Position numbers and translations under genes: made by a program. Under the pieces are notes generated by a model. That model was not told the DNA's origin and did no database searches. It saw only the letters and a program-made list of their open reading frames with translations. From an uncultured Gemmatimonadales bacterium (GTDB lineage Bacteria; Gemmatimonadota; Gemmatimonadetes; Longimicrobiales; RSA9), in NCBI GenBank assembly GCA_963783305.1, contig CAWAMW010000016.1, forward strand, positions 192,001-256,000: 64,000 nucleotides of DNA, given 5' to 3'. The stretch's first letter is position 1. Every line of letters begins with the position of its first letter. Shown one piece after another: positions 28,728-38,559 of the stretch.

Positions 28728-30976
28728 GGGGACCTCCGTTCAGCGTGGAGGAGGGGGAGGAGGACCGGAAGCAGCAGCAGGTCCGCCACCAGGGCCGCGG
28801 CAACGGCCAGTGTGATCAGCACTCCGAAATACACAATGGACATGGACCCCGCCGCCATCAATACCCCCAGCCCCAGCATCAGCACCAGCGAGGTCAGGAC
28901 CATGGCCGGTCCCGCCGACGCCAGCGCCACCACCGTTGGGGCCGCGGCCCCGGCATCCCCGGCGCCCCCGGCGTCCCCCGCGCGCACCGGGGTCCCACCC
29001 CGCACGGCCTCCCGGTACCGGTGGAGGAAGTGCACGGTGTCATCCACGGCGATGCCCAGGACGATCGCGCCCACCGTGGCCGTGGCGATGTCCAGCGGGA
29101 TGCCCGCCCACCCCATGACGCCGAACACGGCCGCCACGGCAAACAGGTTCGGGGGCACCGCCGCCAGCACCAGCCGCCACGATCGGAGCAGGAGCGCCAG
29201 GACCAGGAACACTCCCGCGAAGGCCAGCGCCAGCCCGGTGAGCGTGCTGGAAACGGTGTAGTCGATGATCCGGACGTAGAGCGGCAGGTAGCCCGTGGCC
29301 GTGATGGTCGCCACCGGCCCCAGGATCGCCTCCCCGGCCGCCCGGAGCGAGCCCACGGCCGCGGCGAAATCCCGGGCCGTGCCCATGGGAACGAAGGCGG
29401 TGACCCGGGTGGCGGTCCGGTCGGCGGTGATGTACGCGGAGACGTCGTCGCCCAGGAGCGACTCCAGATCCCGGAGCCCCGATTCCGCCGCGGTGACGCT
29501 CTCCGGCAGCGCACCTCCCGCCAGCACGAGCAGGTTGGTGAGCCCCAGGGTGCGACCCACGGCAGCCGACGACTCGGCCCCCTCCTGCCACCGCGCCACC
29601 GCCGCCAGCAGGGACGGCTCCAGTACGCTCCCCTCCCGGGCCCGGATGACGAACTCCAGCGGCGTGTACGCCCCGAGATTGGCCTCGATCCACCCGCTGT
29701 CCTCCACCACCGCGTGCCCCTCGGGGAGGAGCCCCAGCGTATGCGTGTCCACCACCACCCGGCCGGCCCCCGCGGCCAGCAGCACGAAGGCGACGGCGAA
29801 CGCCGCCAGTACCGGCCCCCGCCTGCGCTCCAGCCCTGACCCCAGCCCGGCCAGCCGCCGCCCCAGACGATCCCCCGGGGCTCGAACGGGCGGGCGTACG
29901 TCGAGGAGCGCCAGCCCCGCCGCCATGATCACCACCACCAGCCCCCACACCAGCGTCACGCCCACCGCCGCGTACACCCCCAGCTCCCGGATCACCGCCA
30001 TCCGCGACGACGTCAGCGCCAGGAAGGCCAGCGCCGTGGTGACACTCGTGAAGAGGCAGGGCACCGCCATCCGGGACACCACTTCCACGGCCAGAGCACG
30101 CCGGGTAGACCCGTCCCCGGGCGGCCGCTCCCGCCGCGCGCCATACCACGCCATGAGGATGTGGACGCCATCCGCAATACCGATCACCAGGATCAGCGCC
30201 GGCAGTGTGGCCATGACCACGTTCAGCGACCCGCCCGTCCACCCCACGATCCCCGTAGTGGCCGCCGTGGCCGCCAGCGGCCCGGCCAGGGTGAGGGCCA
30301 CCGCCGGCAGCGAGCCCAGGATGAGCCAGAGGAGCCCCGTCATGATCAGGAGCGCCAGCCCCAGGAACAGCGCGCCATCCCGCTCCGTCTGCCGGTTCAG
30401 CCCCTCGTAGAGCACCCCCGTCCCCGCCAGCCGGACCTCGTGGCCCGCCGCCCGGAGTGTGCCGTCCAGCGCCGCGCTCATGGCATCCAGGATCGGCCCC
30501 CGCCGCGCGTCCATGTCCCGACTCGGCTCCAGTCGGGCGATGAGCGCCACGACCTCCGGATCCGGCCCCGACAGCCCCAGCCGTTCCAGCACCGGCCTCG
30601 CCGCTTCCGCCCCCGCCGCCCGCACCAGGGCCGCGCCACTGATCACCGTCGCCACCCCCGGGACCGCCTCCAGCGCTGCCGCCGTCCGTTCCTGCAGCGC
30701 CAGCGCCGCCTCATGACCCGATCCCGTTCCGTCACCCTGCCCCGACGAAACGGTCCGGTACGCCACCACCACCGCCTCATCGTTCCCGAACGTGCCCATG
30801 AACTCCCGGTAGCGCACCAGCGCCGGGTCGTCCTCCACGAACCAGACAGCCAGGCTGTTGTCCGTGGGCACCGCCGCCGCCGGCCACGCCAGCACCACCG
30901 TGATCGCGCCCACCACCCCCAGGGCAATCCAGGGGCGGCGCACGACAATATTGATCAGGCGAGGAATCAGAGACAT
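28724..30976 (-). CDS. MMPL/RND family transporter
   Basis: Two repeated halves with GIADGVH and GIAVDDTVHFL; about 12 TM segments; ATG at 30976. Confidence 0.88.
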   Translation of the reverse strand: MSLIPRLINIVVRRPWIALGVVGAITVVLAWPAAAVPTDNSLAVWFVEDDPALVRYREFMGTFGNDEAVVVAYRTVSSGQGDGTGSGHEAALALQERTAAALEAVPGVATVISGAALVRAAGAEAARPVLERLGLSGPDPEVVALIARLEPSRDMDARRGPILDAMSAALDGTLRAAGHEVRLAGTGVLYEGLNRQTERDGALFLGLALLIMTGLLWLILGSLPAVALTLAGPLAATAATTGIVGWTGGSLNVVMATLPALILVIGIADGVHILMAWYGARRERPPGDGSTRRALAVEVVSRMAVPCLFTSVTTALAFLALTSSRMAVIRELGVYAAVGVTLVWGLVVVIMAAGLALLDVRPPVRAPGDRLGRRLAGLGSGLERRRGPVLAAFAVAFVLLAAGAGRVVVDTHTLGLLPEGHAVVEDSGWIEANLGAYTPLEFVIRAREGSVLEPSLLAAVARWQEGAESSAAVGRTLGLTNLLVLAGGALPESVTAAESGLRDLESLLGDDVSAYITADRTATRVTAFVPMGTARDFAAAVGSLRAAGEAILGPVATITATGYLPLYVRIIDYTVSSTLTGLALAFAGVFLVLALLLRSWRLVLAAVPPNLFAVAAVFGVMGWAGIPLDIATATVGAIVLGIAVDDTVHFLHRYREAVRGGTPVRAGDAGGAGDAGAAAPTVVALASAGPAMVLTSLVLMLGLGVLMAAGSMSIVYFGVLITLAVAAALVADLLLLPVLLPLLHAERRSP

Positions 30977-31188
30977 GGCGGTGGGCTCGGGGGGGTGTCC
31001 CCAGTGTACACGCACCGCACGCCCCCGGACAGACTCTCGATGCTGCCCCGCCCCTCCAAACACCCGGCGCGAAGCGCGCGCGTCCAAACAGTCGAGCGCA
31101 GCGAGATGCCCGAACAGCCGAGCCGCAGGCGAGCGACCGCTGTCAAGGCTGGAACCGTCCGCCCGTCGGTCTTATCTTCCCGGCCTTC

Positions 31189-33339
31189 ATGACCACGACT
31201 CCAACGTACCTCCGCGACCTCAATTCCGAGCAGCGCCAGGCGGTCCTTCAGACGGATGGCCCCGTGCTGGTACTGGCCGGCGCCGGCAGCGGGAAGACCA
31301 AGATGCTCGTCCACCGGATCACCCACCTGATCCGGAGCGGCGTGGCCCAGCCCTGGCAGATCCTGGCGGTGACCTTCACCAACAAGGCCGCCACCGAGAT
31401 GCGGGAACGGGTGGCGGCCTTCGCGGGCGACGCGGCCAAGGACGTGGTCATCTCCACCTTCCACTCCCTGGGCGTCCGCATCCTCCGGGAGCACGGCGAG
31501 TCGCTGGGCCTCCCGAAGCGCTTTGCCATCTACGACACCCGGGACCAGCTTGGCGCCCTCAAGACCGCCGCCGCCGAGGTCCACGTCGATGACAGCACCT
31601 TCGACCTGCCCCTGGTGCTCCGGCAGATCTCCGACTGGAAGACCCGCGGCATGTCTCCCGAGCAGGCCCGGGCCGCCGTCATGGCGGAGCAGGGGAGTGG
31701 CACCCGCGCCGACGATTACGCGATCCTCGCCGCCGACACCTACCCCCGCTACCAGGACGTGCTCCGGGCGTGCGGCGCCGTGGATTTCGACGACCTGCTC
31801 CTACTGCCCGTCAAGCTCCTCGAGGAGAACGAGGAGGCCCGCCGCGCCCTCTGGCGACGCTGGCACTACGTCATGATCGATGAGTACCAGGACACCAATG
31901 GCGTTCAGCTCGACATGGCCCGGCACCTGGCTGGAGGCCGCCGGAACCTGTGCGTGGTCGGCGATGATGACCAGTCGATCTACGCGTTCCGGGGCGCCGA
32001 CGTGCGCAACATCCTGGACTTCGAGCACCACTTCCCGGGCGCGAAGGTCATCCAGCTGGTGCAGAATTACCGCAGCACCAAGCGGATCCTGGCGGCCGCC
32101 AACGCCATCATCGCCGCCAACCCGCACCGTCACGAGAAGACGCTCCGGACGGACAACCCCATCGGCGAGCTCATCGACGTCTACGAGCACCAGGACGAGG
32201 TGCTCGAGGCGGAGACCGTCGCCAAGGAGATCGGGCTCCGGCGTTACCGCCACGGCACGAAGTGGAACGACTACGCCGTCCTCTACCGCACCAACGTGCA
32301 GTCGCGGGCGCTGGAGGAGGCCATGCGCGAGAAGGGTGTGCCCTACCGGGTCGTCGGGAGCACAGGGTTCTTCGATCGGAAGGAGATCGCCGACGCCGTG
32401 GCGTACCTCCGCGCCGTGGCGCACCCCACCGACGAGATCGCCGTGCGCCGCATCATCAACTTCCCGACTCGCGGCATCGGCCGCACCACCGTGATGCGCG
32501 TGGCCGACCTGGCGCGTGAACGGGGGCAGGGCTTCTGCAAGGTCCTCCGGCAGGTCACGGACGACGACGTGGGCGCGGCCCAGGCCCGGTCCATCACTGC
32601 CTTCGATGAGATCCTCGACCACGCCCGGCGCGGGCTCCGGAAAGCCGAGGAGCATACCGCCACCTACCCGCCCGGGTCGAAGCTGACCCCCATCGCCGAG
32701 TGGGCCCTCGACTTCTTCCGCGATGGCTGCGGCCTCATCGACGCCATCGCCGACGAGGAGCACCGCGTCTGGAACGTCAAGGACCTCGTCGGCTCCCTCT
32801 CCCGCTACGAGCGGAAGCGCTGGACGGAGCGGCCCGACGCAGAACAGGCCTACGAGGGCCGCCCCGCCCTCGCCCCCGAGGGCTGGGACCCGCCCACCCT
32901 CCACGACGGCCTCGCCCGCCTCGCCCTCGACCAGGAGGATGACGAGGACGACGACGAGGATCTCGACGCCGTCGTCCTGATGACCCTCCACTCCGCCAAG
33001 GGTCTCGAGTTCGAGGAGGTGTTCCTCGTGGGCCTCGAGGAGGGGATCCTCCCGCACAGCCGCTCCATCGCCGAGGCCGCGCCGGGCGACCCGCTGGCGG
33101 AGGAGCGACGCCTCCTGTATGTGGGATTCACCCGCGCTCGAAAGCGCCTGACGCTGTCACGCGCCCTCACGCGCAAGCGAGGCGGAGAGGCGAGCGAGAC
33201 GCTGCCCTCGCGCTACCTCGACGACCTCCCCGACGACCACATCAACCTCAAGTCCGCCGACGCCATCCTCAGCCCAGAGGAGTCCGCCGAGCTCAAGAAG
33301 AACTTCTTCAGGGACATGAAGGAGATGCTGGGGGACTGA
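31189..33339 (+). CDS. SF1A DNA helicase (Rep/UvrD family)
   Basis: LAGAGSGKT, TFTNKAA, DEYQD, VGDDDQSIY, QNYRST, MTLHSAKGLEF, EERRLLYVGFTRA. Confidence 0.96.
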   Translation: MTTTPTYLRDLNSEQRQAVLQTDGPVLVLAGAGSGKTKMLVHRITHLIRSGVAQPWQILAVTFTNKAATEMRERVAAFAGDAAKDVVISTFHSLGVRILREHGESLGLPKRFAIYDTRDQLGALKTAAAEVHVDDSTFDLPLVLRQISDWKTRGMSPEQARAAVMAEQGSGTRADDYAILAADTYPRYQDVLRACGAVDFDDLLLLPVKLLEENEEARRALWRRWHYVMIDEYQDTNGVQLDMARHLAGGRRNLCVVGDDDQSIYAFRGADVRNILDFEHHFPGAKVIQLVQNYRSTKRILAAANAIIAANPHRHEKTLRTDNPIGELIDVYEHQDEVLEAETVAKEIGLRRYRHGTKWNDYAVLYRTNVQSRALEEAMREKGVPYRVVGSTGFFDRKEIADAVAYLRAVAHPTDEIAVRRIINFPTRGIGRTTVMRVADLARERGQGFCKVLRQVTDDDVGAAQARSITAFDEILDHARRGLRKAEEHTATYPPGSKLTPIAEWALDFFRDGCGLIDAIADEEHRVWNVKDLVGSLSRYERKRWTERPDAEQAYEGRPALAPEGWDPPTLHDGLARLALDQEDDEDDDEDLDAVVLMTLHSAKGLEFEEVFLVGLEEGILPHSRSIAEAAPGDPLAEERRLLYVGFTRARKRLTLSRALTRKRGGEASETLPSRYLDDLPDDHINLKSADAILSPEESAELKKNFFRDMKEMLGD

Positions 33340-33535
33340 CTACCCGGGGTAGTGGAGAAGTGGCACCGTTGCGAGAGATCGACTGTCGCGTCCCCCGCCG
33401 ATCGCCCTCTGGAAGGGCCGCGTCACAACTCGGGATCTCCCAGGAGGTGTGCCCGTTTCCCCGAAAGTTCTCGAAGCCGGCCTCTGAACCGGCGTTCGTC
33501 GCGCGCGGACCGGGTGAGCCCCCGTTGCCTCGAGA

Positions 33536-33633
33536 CAAGTCAGCCCCACGTCAGACTCGCCGCTCAACTCCCTGTCGCGCCATGCGTTGGCCTCGCGGCC
33601 GAAGCCGCGCCGGTCAAGTCAGGGCCCGGTCAG
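33536..33633 (+). promoter_or_regulatory. Two CAAGTCAG-N6-GTCAG direct-repeat boxes, putative SARP/OmpR-type operator
   Basis: CAAGTCAGCCCCACGTCAG at 33536-33554 and CAAGTCAGGGCCCGGTCAG at 33615-33633. The GTCAG half-sites are 11 bp apart in both. Confidence 0.5.
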
Positions 33634-33723
33634 GACCACTCGCCAGATTTCGAGGTGCGCCTGCAGACCCGCGCCGTGCAGCCTGCCCGGCCGGCGGCGA
33701 GCGCCCACCCTCTGGAGGTGATC

Positions 33724-35349
33724 ATGGCTAAACCTGTCGCGCGCCGCGCGTTCTTGCTGCCGCTCGGCGGTCTTCTGCTTCTTTCGCTCGGCGGCTGTCT
33801 CGACCGCGAGCTGTCCACCGCGCCGGCACTCGAGAAGCCTGCTTTCGCATTCTCCATGAACGGCCCGGTAGTCACCAACCTCGGCGACGCCGGCGACGGC
33901 ACATGCAACGCCACCTCCTGCACGCTGCGCGGCGCCGTATGCCGCGGCCAAGTCTGGCAGACGATCCGGTCGCGGACCCTGACCGGCACGGTCGTGCTCA
34001 CGCAGGGCTAACTGTACATCGACCGAAACCTCAGCATCCTGGGGCCCGGCGCCCACCTGCTGACGGTCGACGCGAGTCAGACGGAAGACGGTATGTCCTC
34101 GAGCGTGTTCCGCATCAGCTACGCGACCGTGCTCCTCGCCAACCTCACCATCACGGGCGGGCACCCCTGGAACGAAGGGGGCGGCATCCACGTCAACGGC
34201 GGCGAGCTACAGCTCAACCGGAGCGTTGTGACCGGCAACACCACCGGGCAGATGGGCGGCGGGATTTTCAGTAACAACAGTAAGGTCCTGATCTCGCGCT
34301 CCACGATCATGAACAACGTCTCGGGCTCCAGCGGGGCCGGGATCCAAACCGGGGGGTCCGGCAGCACGCTCACCGTGGAGCAGAGCACGGTCAGCGGCAA
34401 CGTCAGCAACTACTATGGGGGCGGGCTCGCGTCAGACTGGGCTCCGATGACGATAGTCGAGTCCACCGTCAGCGGGAACACCGCCGCGTACGGGGGCGGC
34501 GGCATCCAATGCAACGGACCCGGCAGCACGATCATCAACAGCACCATCTCCGGCAACGCGGCACAGAGCTATGGCGGCGGCGGTGGCATCAGGGCGGTGG
34601 CTTGCCAGGTCCAGGTCAGCCACAGCACGATCGTGAACAACTCTGCTATCCAGGGTGGCGGCGGCATACACGCGTCCGATCACCCCGAGACGAACGTCAC
34701 CATCAGGAACAGCATCATCTGGTGGAATGATAACGCAGGGGAACCGGATGACGTCGCCTCGGAGAACCAGGCCCCCCGCTTCACCAGCCTGGGCTACAAC
34801 ATGGTGGGCGTCGTGGGCGCGGGGAACGCCTTCGCCGAGACCGGGGACCAGGTCGGCGGGGCCGACCCGCAGCTGGGCGTGCTGGAGCTGGAGACACCCG
34901 CGCTGACGGCCACGCACGCGCTACTCGAGAACAGCCCGGCCATCGATGCCGGCGCGTGCACCGACGCCGCCGGCGCCACCGTGTTCGGCGACCAGCGCGG
35001 CATGGCCCGTCCGCAGGGCGCCTCTTGCGACATTGGCGCATACGAACGCGAGCTGGTGGCGCCGCCGCCGCCGTCGGCGTTCGCCTGCACGCTCGAGCGC
35101 AACCCGAAGAACGGCCAGCTCGCGGTGCAGGTCAGCTGGGTCAACGCCGACCCTGGCGTCACCCTGATCCAGGTGGTGGATGGGCGCACGGTCACTAAGC
35201 AGATGGCGCCGTCGGCCAACGGCACGTGGACCACGGGCATCAAGACTGCGAGCGATATCGTGACGTTCGGGGTCTGGGGCGGTTTCAGCCGGAAGGACGC
35301 GACGGTCGAGCTGGTCGCGGCCGGGACGTCGTGCACGCTGCTCCAGTAG
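33724..35349 (+). pseudogene. CSLREA-like / right-handed beta-helix / choice-of-anchor Q lipoprotein, interrupted by an in-frame TAA (34009-34011)
   Basis: Lipobox LGGC; VTNLGDAGDGTCNATSCTLRGAV; the frame continues through the stop as LYIDRNLSILGPG; GN-A..GGG repeats; THALLENSPAIDAG...DQRG.ARPQG..CDIGAYE. Confidence 0.8.
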
Positions 35350-35522
35350 CGGTTCAGTGGAGTTGCGGGGCCGCGCCGGGCGGCCCCGCTGCGGCAGACT
35401 GCGCTACGGGCAGATCGCGCAATGGGAGAGTTGCGTCCGGACCACGGGAGCCGGTATCCTGAAAAGAGGGGCTGCGCGCGTGCGCCACCCGGCGCGCGGC
35501 GTGGCTCCGGAAACGCGCGACC

Positions 35523-38408
35523 GTGCTGCACCTGCAAACCCTAGGGAAGCTGGAGTTGCGGAATTCCGGCGGCGCCAGTCTGGACGTACTCCTCGCCCAG
35601 CCGCGGAGCACGGCCCTACTCATCTACCTGCTCCTGGCGCGGCCGCGCGGCTTCGTACCCCGCGACCTCCTCTGCGCCCTGTTCTGGCCGGACGCCGACG
35701 AGGAGCATGCCCGCGGGGCGCTCAGCCAGGCGCTGACGCGGATCCGGCGTGCCACCGGCGCCGGCATCATTCAGCTGCGCGGTTGGAACGAGGTGAGCGT
35801 CGCGCCCCAGGGCGTGCGCTGCGACGTGCTGGCGTTCGAGGCCGCCATCAATGCCGGTGACCACGCCGCCGCTCTCGATCTCTACCGCGGCCCCTTCCTG
35901 AACGGCTTCCACGCCCGGGACATGTCCGGGTTTGAGCGCTGGGCCGAGCTCGAGCGCGACCGCCTGTGCTCGCTCGCGGCCATCGCGGCACGCACGCTCG
36001 CGCTGGAACAAGTCGAAGCCGGACAGTTGGGGGAGGCGGAGGCCGCAGCCGCGCACGCCCTCGCACTCGCACCCGAGCGCGAGTACGTGGCGCTGGAGCT
36101 GGCCCGCGCGCTCGCGGTGGCCGGCGACCGGCTCGGCGCGCTGCGCCTGCTGGACACCTGGAGCGAGAATCTCCAGCGCGACCTGGAGCTGGAGGCGTCG
36201 GACGAAATCCACGACCTGGCCCGAGAGATCCGCGCGGTCGCGGCCCACCCTCCGCCTGTCGAGGAAGTAGAGGTGGAAGACGGCGCCGCATTCGTCGAGG
36301 CGGTGGCGCACTAGGTTGCGACGTCGGCGCCCGCGGACGACGGGCCCGTGGCACCTCCGCGCCCGCCGCGTACCCCCTCGGGGTGGCTGCGCCGCAGCAT
36401 GGGCGCCGTAACCCTCGCCGGTATGGTGCTGCTGGTGGGCACCTGGGTGCTGGTGCAGATCGGGCTGCTCGGGGCGGCCTTTCCGGTGACCGCCAGTGGG
36501 CGTCAGGCCGGCGGGATCGCTACGCAGGACTGGCTGCTCGTGGCTGATTTCGAGAGCCCCTCCACCGATCCGGCGCTGGCGCTGGCCGTCCAGACGCTGC
36601 TGGTGCGCGACCTCGAGTCCGCGGGCTATGCGAGGGTCGTGGGCGGCTTCGGTGCGATGAGCCGCCGCGGGCTGGAGGACGTGCTCGCCCGCGTGCGCCT
36701 GCCACCTGAATCCCGCGTCGATGCGGACCTCGCCTGCGACCTGGCCGAGCGCGAGGGCGCGGCAGGGGTGCTGGCGGGGCGGGTGCTGCCACTCGGCGGC
36801 GAGTACGTCGTCGTCGCCTCCATCCTGGAGGTGCCAGGGTGCGTCGAGTTGATCCGCGCGAGCGCATCCGCGCCCCTCGAGAAGCTCACGGCGGCGGTGA
36901 CCGGGGTGTCCCGCGAGCTGCGCACCCGCCTGGGCGAATCGCGGGCGAGCATCCGGGGTAGCCCGCCCCTTCCGCCGATCACGGCCCGTTACGTCCAGGC
37001 GCTGCGTGCGGTCTCGCGCTACGTGTCGACACCGGCTCTGTGGGATGACCCGCGCGACGGGGCGGCGCCGCTGCTGGAAGCGATCCGCACCGATCCGGAG
37101 CTCGCGTTCGCGCACTTCCTGCTCGCGCTGCACTACCAGCGGCTGGGCGATTACCAGCGCGCCGTACCGCACATCCTCCGTGCCCACGAGCTGCGCGCGC
37201 AGTTGCCGCGTCCCGGCCAGCTCGGCATGGAGGCCATTTACCAGCGCTACATCGCTTCCAATCCGGACGCCGCCATGGCCACGGTGCAGGGGCTCGTGGT
37301 CGCCTATCCCGCGCTCGCCGACGCCACCATGCCCTTCCTCGCCGATGCGGCGCTCTGGACCGGTGAGTGGCAGCGCGCGCTCGATGTTGCGCTCGCCTAT
37401 CTCGATCGCGAGCCCACCGGCCTCGGTGCCCACCTGGGGTATAGCCGCGCCGCGGCCGCCGCGTGGGCGCTCGGGCGCACGGCCTTGGCGGATAGCCTGT
37501 ATGAAGCCGACGCGCGCCTGCGGCGCCGCGCGGGCCTCGCACCCGACCGGACCGAAGCTCTGCTGCGGCTGCTGCGATTGCACGACTGGACTGGTGCAGA
37601 GGCGCTCTGCGCGCTCCAGCCGGAGTGGGATCGCTGCGCCTGGGTGTACCTCGCTCGCGGCCGCCTCGACGCGGCGGCGCACGCCCTCGCCGCCGTGCGC
37701 GCCGATACCGCCATGTCGCACCCGTGGCGCCGCGCCGCAGCGACGGCCGCACTCGCGCACACCGAGGCTCAGCGCGGCCGGCCCGACCGCGCCTGGACGG
37801 TGCTGGCGGCTGCCGACCACGCCATGCCCATGACCGGACTCGCCCGCGCGGGCACGCACCTGAGCCGCTTCCTGCTCTGCGCCGCCGCCGCGGAAATCGA
37901 GCGCAGTACGGACCTGGGCGAGTGCAACATCGAGAGCGAAAATCCGGCGACCTGGGACGCGGACCCATCCTTCACGGTGCTGCTGCGGAGCGGGGCCTGG
38001 AGCCGGCGTCTGCTGGCGGTGCGCTCGCTCGAGCGAGGTGACGCGGCGAGGGCGCTGTCGCAAATGCGCGATGCCGTGCGCAGCAACTTCGACAACCCCG
38101 CCGCGCTCGATCACCTGCTGCTGGCGCGAGCCTTCGACGCCCTGGCGAACCCCGACTCGGCACTCGCCCACTACATTGCCGCCACGCGCATCGAGCGCGA
38201 CTGCTGTTTCCCGACCGCCGCCGCCATCGCCCTCCCGCTCGCGCCTGTATACCGCCGCATCGGCGAGTTGGCGGAGAGCCGCGGCGATGCGACGACGGCG
38301 CACCACTACTACGGCGCGTTCGTCGAGCTCTGGGCGGACGCGGACCCGGAGCTGCAGCCGCAGGTGACGGACGTGCGCGCGCGGCTCGAGCGGCTGGGAA
38401 CACCCTGA
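35523..38408 (+). pseudogene. SARP/BTAD transcriptional activator fused to a TM segment and TPR-like region, interrupted by an in-frame TAG (36312-36314)
   Basis: LQTLGKLEL, RDLLCALFWPD, ALDLYRGPFL, FERWAELER. The downstream ORF 36348-38408 is in the same frame. Confidence 0.78.
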
Positions 38409-38559
38409 GCGGAGTGCATTGCGAACGCCCCGTGCTTCGAAAAGACGACGACCTGCGTGAGGCCAGGCAGCCGGTGGACCGCTCTTCGCGGCGAGAGGAC
38501 GCGTCACAGATTGACGTCACGAAGACGACCCGTTGTCGCAGGTTCGCTGACCGCGGTAG

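Noticed and set aside
36312..36314. Pyrrolysine or programmed readthrough of the TAG
   Set aside because: No pyl genes in the window, TAG terminates many normal genes here, and the neighbouring lesions are a TAA and a frameshift.
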